A stretch of 64,000 nucleotides of DNA from Opitutaceae bacterium (GCA_051252375.1 JBPOFY010000004.1:296224-360223), one strand, 5' to 3'. Positions 25,560 to 39,787 are shown, counted from the stretch's first letter. Made by a program: numbers and translations. The notes: generated by a model not told the origin, from the sequence alone.

Positions 25560-27047
25560 ATGGGCAAACCAACTGGATTTATGGAATTCGAGCGTAAGAC
25601 GATTGCAAATCGTCCGCCACTCGAACGCGTCAAGGACTGGAACGAAATTCACGAGCACTTCGACGAAGAAAAAGTGCGCACTCAAGGCTCACGTTGCATG
25701 GACTGCGGCACACCTTATTGCCACACAGGCATGACTCTCGCCAACATGGCGAGCGGTTGCCCCGTCAACAATCTGATCCCCGAGTTCAACGACCTCGTTT
25801 ATCGTGGCAAGTGGAAGGATGCTTACCAGCGTCTCTCCAAGACCAACAACTTCCCAGAGTTCACTGGCCGCGTCTGCCCCGCTCCTTGTGAAGGCTCTTG
25901 CGTGCTAGGTATCATCGAGCCGGCCGTGACCATTAAGGACATCGAGTGCTCCATCATCGACAAGGCTTGGGCCGAAGGTTGGGTGACACCAGAAGCTCCC
26001 GCTGAGCGCACTGGCAAGAAGATAGCCGTTGTCGGTTCCGGACCTGCGGGTCTCGCAGCTGCCGATCAGCTCAACAAAGCTGGCCACCTCGTCACTCTCT
26101 TCGAACGCGCAGACCGCCCAGGTGGTCTCCTCATGTATGGTATCCCCAACATGAAGCTTGAGAAGCAAGTCGTCACACGTCGCGTCAAGTTGATGGAAGA
26201 CGAAGGCGTCATCCTCAAGTGTGGCGTCGAAATCGGCGTAGACATTTCCTCTAAGCAACTCATGGAAGACTTCGACTCTGTCGTGCTTTGCTGTGGTGCC
26301 ACGAAGCCACGTGACCTTCCAATCGAAGGCCGCGAGCTCAACAACATCCGTTACGCAATGGAGTTCCTCGGACCCAACACCAAGGAGCTTTGGGACGTCA
26401 AGGATGGCAAGTCCGAGCAGTTCAGCGAACTCGCTAAGGGCAAGAACGTCGTGATCATCGGCGGTGGCGACACCGGCACCGACTGCGTAGGCACTTCCCT
26501 CCGCCACGGTTGCAAGAGCGTCGTGCAACTTGAGATCATGCCAAAGCCTCCAACCGAGCGCGCAGCGAACAACCCATGGCCAGAATGGCCAAAGACTTAC
26601 AAGATGGACTACGGCCAAGAAGAAGCCGAAGCGATTCAAGGTGAAGACCCACGTCAATACCTAGTCAGCTCCAGCCGCTTCGCAGGCGATGCCGATGGCA
26701 ACGTCAAATCAGTGCACATCCATAACATCGAATGGACCAACGACAACGGCCGCTTCATCCCGAAGAAGGTCGAAGGCAGCGAGCGCGTGCTCGAAGCTGA
26801 GCTCGTCCTCCTCGCGATGGGATTCCTCGGACCAGAAGCCACCATCGCTGAAGAACTTGGGCTCGACCTAGATGCTCGCTCCAACGTGCAAGCTGAATAC
26901 GGCAAGTTCAAGACCAGCGTCGACGGTGTATTCGCTGCTGGTGACATGCGCCGCGGACAGTCCCTCATCGTGTGGGCGATCAACGAAGGTCGTGCCGTCG
27001 CCCGCGAGTGCGATAAGTTCCTCATGGGAACCACCAAGCTTCCGTAA
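25560..27047 (+). CDS. gltD: Glutamate synthase small subunit
   Basis: Typical start [10 protein letters not shown] at 25560; [55 protein letters not shown]. Confidence 0.97.
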   Translation: MGKPTGFMEFERKTIANRPPLERVKDWNEIHEHFDEEKVRTQGSRCMDCGTPYCHTGMTLANMASGCPVNNLIPEFNDLVYRGKWKDAYQRLSKTNNFPEFTGRVCPAPCEGSCVLGIIEPAVTIKDIECSIIDKAWAEGWVTPEAPAERTGKKIAVVGSGPAGLAAADQLNKAGHLVTLFERADRPGGLLMYGIPNMKLEKQVVTRRVKLMEDEGVILKCGVEIGVDISSKQLMEDFDSVVLCCGATKPRDLPIEGRELNNIRYAMEFLGPNTKELWDVKDGKSEQFSELAKGKNVVIIGGGDTGTDCVGTSLRHGCKSVVQLEIMPKPPTERAANNPWPEWPKTYKMDYGQEEAEAIQGEDPRQYLVSSSRFAGDADGNVKSVHIHNIEWTNDNGRFIPKKVEGSERVLEAELVLLAMGFLGPEATIAEELGLDLDARSNVQAEYGKFKTSVDGVFAAGDMRRGQSLIVWAINEGRAVARECDKFLMGTTKLP

Positions 27048-27049
27048 AA

Positions 27050-27077
27050 AGGAGCTAGAAGTTGGGAGTTAGAAGCT
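27050..27077 (+). repeat. Heptamer tandem array C (4 units, same orientation as A)
   Basis: AGGAGCT AGAAGTT GGGAGTT AGAAGCT just after the gltD TAA, in the same TAAAAAGGAG context as after gltB. Confidence 0.8.
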
Positions 27078-27096
27078 CTGATACCATAAGTTTTTC

Positions 27097-27129
27097 AAAA
27101 GCCGCATCGATAAACGATGCGGCTTTTTT
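27097..27129. terminator. Bidirectional intrinsic terminator (gltD / convergent gene)
   Basis: AAAAGCCGCATCG-ATAAA-CGATGCGGCTTTTTT. Confidence 0.88.
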
Positions 27130-27149
27130 ATGGTTACCAGTATTACGGA

Positions 27150-27854
27150 CTAAAGTCCAAGTCCTGCTTCCAACTGCTCAATACCTTCTCCGAAGCCGTT
27201 TATATCAAACTGCAGCTCTAATTCCTGATCATGGTAGTCTTTAACAAAGACGCGCAGCACCCGTCCGCCCTTCATTTGATCCCTTAAATAAAATGCACGA
27301 GGTGAGAAAGAAACTTTACCCACACTATTCAACGTCCAGCTCTCCTTTATCAAGGGACCATCATCCACTTGATATGCGACCGGCCACTTACGGATAAACG
27401 TCATCTTGTGGTCAAAATCGATGAATGCTTCGTATTTCTTTCGATAAAAACGAAAATGTATCTTCGGCTTACCTGGATAATTCGCTTCAGCCTCAAGGCT
27501 GAGTAACTTAATCACCTGCCCGTCTTCGGGAGAGTTCAAGTCCGTCAATATCCAACCACCGATGCTCTGGTCATTAGCGAGCTTCTCCTGCGCAATTTCA
27601 GATGGAGGCTTTGTCAAATCTCCCTTTTTAAGTAAATCCTGCACCCGTCGTTGTAAGCTCTGAGGCACCCGATCCATTGGTACTGAAAATTCCTCATCCG
27701 GGTTCGTAATCTTTCGGCAATAAAGAAAATCATCATCCGCATACAAAATCTCAGAGCGCACCATCACTCCTTTATCCAGACGTAAGGTGGCGATCGGACC
27801 AGCCAGTGCTGAACTAAGACCGATGAAACACAAAACTAAGATGCGAATTACCAT
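27150..27854 (-). CDS. Secreted hypothetical protein; C-terminus resembles the VasI/TagO-like domain
   Basis: Signal peptide; C-terminal VAYQVDDGP...W...F.P...LRV....Y......FDINGF pattern. The family resemblance is from memory and unverified. Confidence 0.6.
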   Translation of the reverse strand: MVIRILVLCFIGLSSALAGPIATLRLDKGVMVRSEILYADDDFLYCRKITNPDEEFSVPMDRVPQSLQRRVQDLLKKGDLTKPPSEIAQEKLANDQSIGGWILTDLNSPEDGQVIKLLSLEAEANYPGKPKIHFRFYRKKYEAFIDFDHKMTFIRKWPVAYQVDDGPLIKESWTLNSVGKVSFSPRAFYLRDQMKGGRVLRVFVKDYHDQELELQFDINGFGEGIEQLEAGLGL

Positions 27855-27861
27855 TTAACGT

Positions 27862-28353
27862 TCAAAAACCAAACCAGCGCTTAATCACTTCAAAGATACT
27901 AGGCTTCGGCGCGGGTTGTGGTGTACTGTAACCACTCTCACTGGATTCCTCTGCGGGTGGATTTGTTGTGGCGGTCGATGAGGATGAAGACGCTTTCGGC
28001 TCGAAGCTTAACTCTAAACGATAACCTTCTATCGTCGGACGCTGATCCACCGCTTCACCGACGGTGGCTTTGAGTTGTTCGAAATAATCTTGCCCAGTCG
28101 ACTCGAGCAAGATCGGACCGAAATAATAACTGAGCGACTCGTGCTCATAGATCACATACCAACCGGTATCGAGCTTTGATGGATCATCCAAAATCGTGCC
28201 GGGGTAGCGCTGATCAAAATCTGCTTTCGATAAAAATCGGGTGAATGGAATCGCTTCTTCTTCAATCACGCGGAGCTGGCCATGTGCAGTAGAAAGCGCC
28301 ACCAAAAAAAGAAGCCAGCCGTAGTTCACTATTCTAAATTTACTTTTCATCAC
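27862..28353 (-). CDS. Secreted hypothetical protein
   Basis: Signal peptide (…STAHG), globular core, Ser/Pro-rich tail. Confidence 0.7.
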   Translation of the reverse strand: MMKSKFRIVNYGWLLFLVALSTAHGQLRVIEEEAIPFTRFLSKADFDQRYPGTILDDPSKLDTGWYVIYEHESLSYYFGPILLESTGQDYFEQLKATVGEAVDQRPTIEGYRLELSFEPKASSSSSTATTNPPAEESSESGYSTPQPAPKPSIFEVIKRWFGF

Positions 28354-29070
28354 TCAAATTCCAGAAGGTAGATTGGAGCCATAATCACCACTGCCACCGC
28401 CGGAGACATCACCGGATTGCGATCCACCGGTAGAGTCTTGTCCTTGGCTAGTGTCCGTGCTACTCGTGCTCGTGCTGCCCGAGTTCGTAGTGCCTGTAGA
28501 AGCAGTGCTCGACTCGCTGCCACTACTTTTAGAGCGGTTCACATCAACTGTTTCTTCAGAGCTCGCGCCTCCAAAACCAAATTCATTAAAATCCCGCGGT
28601 TCAGAACCATTGCCGGAACCGGAGCCACCGGGTTGAGCACCTTCTGGTATTTCGCCTGCAACACCGCCGCTACCACTGCCTCCTGGGATGGTGCCCTCGG
28701 GTGGCTCTTGTCCATTCGCGCTGCCACCGCCTCCGCCTCCGCTCGGGGTTTGACCAGCTACTTCAGATTCGGCACCTGAGCTGCCACTGGTCTCATCCTT
28801 TGAACCGGATTGTGCGACAGTTTCTCCGCCACCCACACCGCCGATTTCACTAAAGTCCCGTCCACTGGAACCGTCGGTGGATTCTGCACCCGAGCCACTT
28901 GCCTCGGCAGGAATCTCTGCGGCCGCGCCACTAGATGCACTCTCGGAAGACTCAGAGGACTGGATACGTCCGTCAAAAATATTCGGGTCCGGCGCCGCCG
29001 TCAGCAACACTGCCGACGCCAATAAAAATAGGCCGCAGTTGATCGGATAAACTAGAGTTTCTCGGTGCAT
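28354..29070 (-). CDS. Secreted Gly/Ser-rich low-complexity protein
   Basis: Hydrophobic N-terminus, APDPNIFDG, then G/S/E-rich disordered sequence with internal repeats (EIPxE, RDFxE). Confidence 0.65.
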   Translation of the reverse strand: MHRETLVYPINCGLFLLASAVLLTAAPDPNIFDGRIQSSESSESASSGAAAEIPAEASGSGAESTDGSSGRDFSEIGGVGGGETVAQSGSKDETSGSSGAESEVAGQTPSGGGGGGSANGQEPPEGTIPGGSGSGGVAGEIPEGAQPGGSGSGNGSEPRDFNEFGFGGASSEETVDVNRSKSSGSESSTASTGTTNSGSTSTSSTDTSQGQDSTGGSQSGDVSGGGSGDYGSNLPSGI

Positions 29071-30647
29071 TCGACGGTGATCTTTTGGTTCTGTTTCGTG
29101 GCATCGACTTTCAACTCGATTTCGACTGATTTGTAGCCGCTGCGTGTGCCCTTCACTATATAGACATCAGGAAACAGATTTAGCTCCGTAACTTTAAAAC
29201 GATCCGGCGGTTGCACACCTATGATACTGACATAAGTGCGTTTATCTGACTCGACAGTCACCGAAACCTCTTGGCTTTGCGCATCGATCACAGTCCGCAG
29301 CTTTTGCTCTGCGGCAATTTGTGAAGGTGGCACCGTGCTGGGGCGACTCGCCATGGCGTCATTAAAGAATTTTGCAGCCAAGGGGTAGCGCCCTTCTTTG
29401 ATATACTTGGAAACGTTGGCAATATTCTGAGTATAGCGAATATTTGCGAGGTAGAGGCTCGATGCTTTTTCGAGGCCAGTGCGGGCCTCTTTAGAGTTGG
29501 GCTCAAGTGCGATAGCTTCTTTATAGAGATCACGGGCTACTTCGTAACGTCCAGCTTTGAGCGCGTCGTAACCAGTTACCAACAGCTGTTCGAGACGAAC
29601 CGCTTTGTATTGTTCTTGAAGCGCGACGAGGCGTTTCTGCATCTCAGAGGTTGGCTTGAGTGCAATCGCCGCTTCGAGCGCCTTGATCGTATCGGCTAAA
29701 CGACCTTCAGCTTCGGCTTTGTTCGCTTCGGCTACTAGCGCATTATAGTCGCGCTCTAATATGCGTGCCTCGATCGCGACTCGTTGGTTACGGAGAAAAG
29801 GATTATTCGGATTGTTCGCAGCTAACTTATCAAGTTGCTCGAGTGCCGCTTCGTATTGCCCTGCCGCTTCAAGGGCTTTGATAGACTTCACTTCTTCGGC
29901 AATGCCCTCAAGTGCCTGAACCATGACGAGTCCCTCAGTCGCGGACTTATTTGCCGAATCAATGCGCAATACTTCCTGATAGGCATTTTTTGCTGCGGAT
30001 AAATCATACGCCTCTAGGGCGACCTTGGCAGTTTCCAAAATATCACCAATTTGCTGAATCGCTCTGGCTTCCAAATCCCCGAGAATGGCTCCGGTCATTT
30101 CGTAATCATCCACACTTTTCTGATATTGACCGGCATTGAGCGAGCGAAGCGCTTCGTTGTATGTTTCTACGGCTTCGCGGTAGGTGTTGGTGAAAGCACT
30201 TTGCAAGTATTCCAAGCGCTGGAGTTCAGTATAAGTGGAATCGTTGAGCGCGCGGGCCTGGTCGGCTAGGGCAAGAGCCGCGAGTTGCGCTTCCGCGGTT
30301 TGCACGACGCTGCGGTAGTATTGCTCAGCTCGCTCCAATTTGCCTGAGGCCAGTGCGGAACGCGCCTTGTTTGCCTCCTTGTTTAACCCTGCCATGAAAT
30401 CGAGCGAGACATCCCCTTTTTGCACCGCATCGACCAAATCCTTAGATAAGAGCTTTTCGGCATGATCCGCCAATTGACGCAAGTCAAAGTCCACAACCGC
30501 GCCGCTGCCCTTCGAGGAAGCTTCATCGATCCCCAATTGAGGTGCATCTCCGCCGGCGCGGGAGATCATTAAGATGATCAATGGCAAGATGATAAGTGCC
30601 CCGAGCACAATGGCGACGATGACGACAGGCTTTTGATTTCGACTCAT
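29052..30647 (-). CDS. Membrane-anchored TPR-repeat protein with C-terminal beta (PEGA-like) domain
   Basis: N-terminal TM; helical TPR-like repeats (AKNAYQEVLRIDSANKSATEGL, ARDLYKEAIALEPNSKEARTGL); C-terminal LFPDVYIVKGTRSGYK; ATG at 30647 preferred. Confidence 0.75.
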   Translation of the reverse strand: MSRNQKPVVIVAIVLGALIILPLIILMISRAGGDAPQLGIDEASSKGSGAVVDFDLRQLADHAEKLLSKDLVDAVQKGDVSLDFMAGLNKEANKARSALASGKLERAEQYYRSVVQTAEAQLAALALADQARALNDSTYTELQRLEYLQSAFTNTYREAVETYNEALRSLNAGQYQKSVDDYEMTGAILGDLEARAIQQIGDILETAKVALEAYDLSAAKNAYQEVLRIDSANKSATEGLVMVQALEGIAEEVKSIKALEAAGQYEAALEQLDKLAANNPNNPFLRNQRVAIEARILERDYNALVAEANKAEAEGRLADTIKALEAAIALKPTSEMQKRLVALQEQYKAVRLEQLLVTGYDALKAGRYEVARDLYKEAIALEPNSKEARTGLEKASSLYLANIRYTQNIANVSKYIKEGRYPLAAKFFNDAMASRPSTVPPSQIAAEQKLRTVIDAQSQEVSVTVESDKRTYVSIIGVQPPDRFKVTELNLFPDVYIVKGTRSGYKSVEIELKVDATKQNQKITVECTEKL

Positions 30648-30822
30648 GATTTCAATAAAAAGGACGTTTTGGGGTCTGACAATGGAAGTCATCAGATGAT
30701 ATAAGGAAAAACTATGGACTTGTGACAAATTTGCACGTTCCGAAATGACCTAAAAATGTGGTCGATTTCGTCCGCGTTCGTGCTTGCATGGGAGGTCAAA
30801 AAATCCACCCTTTCGACAATTT

Positions 30823-34059
<3,237 letters not shown>

Positions 34060-34090
34060 CATTTCGAATTTGCCCCCGCCTCTGCCCCAA

Positions 34091-34942
34091 ATGAAAGTAA
34101 ACTCCATCATCGCACTACTCTATGGTCCGGACCAACCGGGTCTGGTCTCGCGCGTGTCTAGTTGGATCTTTCTACGCGGGAGTAACATCGTCCACGCCGA
34201 TCAGCATGAAGATCCGGAAGCTGGCATTTTCTTTCAACGTATTGAGTGGATCCCTTCCGGTCAGATCGACGAGGAAGCCGCTAGCTTTGAAAAGTTCGCT
34301 TCACAAGACCTCGGAATGACTGCAAAAGTCGCGCAGTCCACCGACCGACCCAAGGTCGCGCTCTTCGTTTCGAAAATCGATCACTGCTTCCACGATACCA
34401 TCCTGCGCTTCCGCTCAGGTGAAATGTCCGGCGAGCTCGCTTGCATCATCTCCAACCACGAAGTGCTTGCCGAAGATGCCGCTCGCTACGACCTCCCCTT
34501 CTTTCACGTTCCAGTCACAAAAACGAACAAAGCAGAGGCAGAAGCCGAGCAACTTCGTATCGTGCACGAACAGGACATCAGCCTGATCGTGATGGCCCGC
34601 TACATGCAAGTGCTGTCAAATGACTTCCTAAATGGTGCAGGTTGCCCAGTGATTAACATTCACCACTCCTTCCTGCCTGCCTTTGCTGGCGGCAAGCCTT
34701 ACCATCAGGCGCACAATCGCGGGGTAAAACTGATCGGCGCGACCGCACACTACGCCACAGCAGACCTTGACGAAGGCCCAATCATCCACCAAGACGTTAC
34801 CCGCATCAATCACCGCAACTCGGTGCCTGATCTAGTTCGCAAAGGTAAAGACCTCGAAAAATCTGTCTTTGCCCAAGCCATACGCCTTCATCTCGACAAC
34901 CGCATTCTAGTCTATAACAACAAAACAGTCGTCTTCGACTAA
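34091..34942 (+). CDS. purU: Formyltetrahydrofolate deformylase
   Basis: ACT domain (GPDQPGLV), ARYMQVLS, INIHHSFLPAF, GATAHY, LDEGPII, NKTVVF; ATG at 34091. Confidence 0.96.
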   Translation: MKVNSIIALLYGPDQPGLVSRVSSWIFLRGSNIVHADQHEDPEAGIFFQRIEWIPSGQIDEEAASFEKFASQDLGMTAKVAQSTDRPKVALFVSKIDHCFHDTILRFRSGEMSGELACIISNHEVLAEDAARYDLPFFHVPVTKTNKAEAEAEQLRIVHEQDISLIVMARYMQVLSNDFLNGAGCPVINIHHSFLPAFAGGKPYHQAHNRGVKLIGATAHYATADLDEGPIIHQDVTRINHRNSVPDLVRKGKDLEKSVFAQAIRLHLDNRILVYNNKTVVFD

Positions 34943-34954
34943 GCGGCTACGCCG

Positions 34955-35034
34955 CAATTTGTAATTGATAATAGCTTATAGCTAATTAATTACTACGCCC
35001 ACTTTAGCCATTACTTATTACCTATTAGCAATTT
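34955..35034. repeat. Inverted pair of heptamer arrays (TAATWRN / NYWATTA), no ORF between
   Basis: CAATTTG TAATTGA TAATAGC TTATAGC TAATTAA, a 10-nt spacer, then CACTTTA GCCATTA CTTATTA CCTATTA GCAATTT. Confidence 0.6.
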
Positions 35035-35040
35035 AGACCC

Positions 35041-35727
35041 ATGAACCACCCAAAACAAAACAAATCTAAAAATCCAACGCTTCCCGACGATCAACAAATC
35101 GACGAGCGCAACCTCATCGACCTTGAAGACTCTGAGGACATTTCGATCGAAGATCGCATCAGCATGTATTGGATGGAGAACAAAGGCTTCATCACTGGCT
35201 GCGTCACCGTCTTAGCGCTGATCATCATCGCATTCAACGGCATGCGCATGTATAAGGACTACGCGGTCAAGCAGCTTCAAGCCGACTACGCCGAAGCTCA
35301 AGCAGCCGACACACTCGCTGACTTCGCGAAAGCCAATTCAAATAAAGAGCTCGGTGGACTCGCAGCCTTAACAACTGCCGACGCCGCTTACGGAGCAAAA
35401 GAGTTCACTAAAGCACTAGAATTCTACCAGATCGCTAGCAGCGCCCTCGCCGACAACATCCTCGCAGGACGCGCCGCACTCGGAGAAGCCTTCTCCCTCC
35501 ACCTGTCCGGCAGCACTGAGGAAGGTCTTGCCAAGCTCAATGCCATCGCCGCCAACAGCAGCCTACCCGAGTCCGCTCGCGCAGAAGCCGCTTACCACCT
35601 CGCCATCGAAGCCGACGTCGCAGGTCGTAGCGCAGAATTTGACAGCTATGTTGCACAAATCAACGAAATGCCCCTAGCCGGAGCATGGCAACAACGCCTC
35701 AGCTACTATCAGCAACAAGCTCGCTAA
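35041..35727 (+). CDS. YfgM-like TPR membrane protein
   Basis: YWMENK followed by a single TM and Ala-rich TPR-like helices. Confidence 0.7.
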   Translation: MNHPKQNKSKNPTLPDDQQIDERNLIDLEDSEDISIEDRISMYWMENKGFITGCVTVLALIIIAFNGMRMYKDYAVKQLQADYAEAQAADTLADFAKANSNKELGGLAALTTADAAYGAKEFTKALEFYQIASSALADNILAGRAALGEAFSLHLSGSTEEGLAKLNAIAANSSLPESARAEAAYHLAIEADVAGRSAEFDSYVAQINEMPLAGAWQQRLSYYQQQAR

Positions 35728-35776
35728 CCAGCGAGCCTCATTGCGCTGCGTTGCTCCACCTTAGCACCCAACGGTG

Positions 35777-36538
35777 CTAGGCAATTAGCACCTTCAGCCA
35801 TAGCCTGATAGCAACGAGCAAGATCACCATGGCCGTGACAAATCGCACACGTGCGCGCGGTAGTTTATTGGTTAAAAGGTAGGTGCCCACTCGCCCTCCG
35901 ACCAGCACGGCGATCGGGCAGGCGACTAGGACCATTACCGGAAGGGAGTCCAGCAAGCGCTCTCCTTTCGTCAACTGCCCCATGAGTCCGGCAAAGCTAT
36001 TCAATGCGATAAACATTGATGTGCAGGCAGCAATTGTTTGCGCACGCGCCCATCCGCATAAGTGCATAATCGGGGCCAGATAAATACCTCCACCAATTCC
36101 GGTAATGCCAGCGAGAAAGCCCAAGAGAATACCTACACCAATAAGTAGACTAGCTCGCGGCGCTTGAACGACATCCTGCCCATCTTTCTCCAATATATTT
36201 TGAAGAATCATCGCGCCGCTCGCCAAAGTCAGCGCCACTGCCAGTAAAACCAGAAACGCCGACTCGGGAAGTCGCCATGCGCCTCCGATAAATGCACAAG
36301 GTATCGAAGCGATCAATAAAGGTCTCAGGATACGCCACTCTGCAAAACCTCGCCTTATCAGCAGAATACTACCCTGCGCGCTAACAATTAGATTACACGA
36401 AAGAGCCACTATCGGTATCGCTGCCAACGGCAAACCACTGATCGCAAGCAAAGCGATATAAGTGGACCCACCTCCGAAACCGGCCATCGCATACAGCCAA
36501 GCGACAAAAAGAAAGAGTATAGGTAAGAGGGCAGACAC
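35777..36538 (-). CDS. TauE/SafE family sulfite exporter-like permease
   Basis: Duplicated GFGGG / GIGGG motifs, about 8 TM segments; GTG start. Confidence 0.88.
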   Translation of the reverse strand: MSALLPILFLFVAWLYAMAGFGGGSTYIALLAISGLPLAAIPIVALSCNLIVSAQGSILLIRRGFAEWRILRPLLIASIPCAFIGGAWRLPESAFLVLLAVALTLASGAMILQNILEKDGQDVVQAPRASLLIGVGILLGFLAGITGIGGGIYLAPIMHLCGWARAQTIAACTSMFIALNSFAGLMGQLTKGERLLDSLPVMVLVACPIAVLVGGRVGTYLLTNKLPRARVRFVTAMVILLVAIRLWLKVLIA

Positions 36539-36847
36539 TTGTAAGTATTAGACAGTTGTTATCACGTCAAAATCGGCGATTCCACCCCAAGGTCTTACTT
36601 TCGAGAAGACTCCAAATCAATCGCGTATTTATTCACTCGCAGACCCAACATCACGTATAGACGACCAAACAAAGCGGGAAACATATATCGCACAATCTAC
36701 TAATTCTGCGCTGGATGTGAATTAGTTAAGCTTATCGATAAGTTCTCTTCTACTAAATCATAAAGGTTACTTATTCGGGAATCATTGACAGTAAGCACAG
36801 AGCGTGCACAACAACACACTCGCTAGCCGAACATCCGGATGCACTAA

Positions 36848-38179
<1,332 letters not shown>

Positions 38180-38200
38180 GCCCTAGAAAACGATTTAAAC

Positions 38201-38234
38201 AAAAGCCCGACGGTTATATACCGTCGGGCTTTTT
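38201..38234. terminator. Bidirectional intrinsic terminator after eno
   Basis: AAAAGCCCGACGGT-TATAT-ACCGTCGGGCTTTTT. Confidence 0.9.
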
Positions 38235-38274
38235 CGTATTAAAAATGCCGCTTCGATAAAAGCAGCTAATCCGA

Positions 38275-39507
38275 TCACGCTACCCCACTTTGCTCCTTGA
38301 AGAACTTCTCGTCGGCGAGGCTCTCGATCAAATGCTGCGAAGTGGGACTATCATCTCTAAAGTTTTTCAGTTCTTCCTCAGTCAGCGTATCGCGCTGGGT
38401 CAGTGCCATCGAATTACGAATCACTCGAACCAAGCGAGAGTAGTCCAGCGCTTCATGAATTGATTCCAGATATTGAACCGCACCACTGGAGAGCGTGCGC
38501 GTGCAGAGAAATGGATGCGCCACACGAAGCGTCGTAAAAATGGATTGTGCGATTACATGCACATCTTCTTTACGCTCATTCATGCCCGGCAATTCTAGTA
38601 TCGCGCCTGACTTACGAAAACGATCGACCAACTCAATCGCACTCTCTGAAACATACTCTTCCGAGTCGATCACATGCCCTAGTATAAATCTGACGGGAGT
38701 CTCTTCATTCACGGCATGAATTTGCGCCATAAAATGAGACAACTGCTCAACTGAATTTCGGGTCAATTCATACGACAAACCAACATAACAGTAAATCGTC
38801 GTATCCTGCTGCTTAATCAAGGCCTCCAATTCATCGGCATCAACATGCATCGGATCTAAAACCGTTAATGACGTCTCATCACCATTCGCACGAAAGTTCA
38901 ACTCGCGGGCAACCAACTCAAACTCAGCACCGTCTTCGCTTTCGATCAAAACAAGTGACGCATTATTCGCGACCTCACAAATCTTCGCGACAAAATCTTG
39001 CATCACAGAACTCCGAGCAATCAAATATCTTGGGATCGTTACTGGCGAAGTAGAATCATTCCGATAGTTGCTTTGCTCCAGAACAACAGGCTTTGCTTTT
39101 GCCGCAACAGCACGCTTACGCTTCGCTCTCTTCTTTGCATTCTTTTGATCCACCTCGTGAATGACCTGCTGCAAGCGAACTTTAGAGCGCCGCATATCAG
39201 AAGAAAGCACTAGATAATGCTGCGCATTTGCAGGGCAACGATGCGCCCCTTCTTCACCGCCTGCCTCAATTGACTCAAATGGAATTAAGTTTGTCTTGGT
39301 CGAACCAAAATTAATTGCATCGAAAGCCCAGAGAGTCGCCTCCAACTGCAAGTCGTAAAAGACCATGTCCACCTTCCTCAACTTAGGGAGGACCGAAATC
39401 AACGCCTCTAAGTCAGAATAAAATTTGAACGGCTGTTGCCCACCCGCAAATAATTGCGCGAGCTGATCGACCATTTCCTTATCCGTAGTGAGAATGTGAA
39501 TACTCAT
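38275..39507 (-). CDS. Degenerate sigma54-activator (NtrC-like) protein: pseudo-receiver plus degenerate AAA+ domain
   Basis: LIARSSVMQ...VLIESEDGAEFELVAREL, LELPGMNERKEDV, LSSGAVQYL and RLVRVIRNSM parallel EBP motifs, but the Walker A Lys and GAFTGA are absent. Confidence 0.6.
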   Translation of the reverse strand: MSIHILTTDKEMVDQLAQLFAGGQQPFKFYSDLEALISVLPKLRKVDMVFYDLQLEATLWAFDAINFGSTKTNLIPFESIEAGGEEGAHRCPANAQHYLVLSSDMRRSKVRLQQVIHEVDQKNAKKRAKRKRAVAAKAKPVVLEQSNYRNDSTSPVTIPRYLIARSSVMQDFVAKICEVANNASLVLIESEDGAEFELVARELNFRANGDETSLTVLDPMHVDADELEALIKQQDTTIYCYVGLSYELTRNSVEQLSHFMAQIHAVNEETPVRFILGHVIDSEEYVSESAIELVDRFRKSGAILELPGMNERKEDVHVIAQSIFTTLRVAHPFLCTRTLSSGAVQYLESIHEALDYSRLVRVIRNSMALTQRDTLTEEELKNFRDDSPTSQHLIESLADEKFFKEQSGVA

Positions 39508-39787
39508 AATTGGACGATTCAACATACTAAAACGATTCTTACATGCAACTCATGATTAAAGCAGTTAATAGCCTACAAATTCCTCATGTTATAGTATGAT
39601 GCAATAGAGTTACACAACAACACCCGCACCACGAACCACGAACCACCTACAAATAAGCCTTTAGAGCACTTTTAATGTTCAACGAATTGAAATTAGTGGA
39701 TAAAAAAGATAAAGACCCTCAGGCATTAAATAGTTTGTTAAAATACAATGAGCGCCCCCATTAAATCAGCTCAAGTGCATCTAGCAC

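Noticed and set aside
25552..25560. Lack of a Shine-Dalgarno sequence before gltD as evidence for ribosome bypass across the stem
   Set aside because: Many genes in this window (gltB, eno, carB) also lack an SD, so the absence is uninformative.
28351..28356. TGA immediately followed in frame by the next gene's GTG (possible readthrough or selenocysteine fusion)
   Set aside because: The downstream ORF has its own signal peptide, and there is no redox motif or evident SECIS-like hairpin. Tight gene packing is the simpler explanation.
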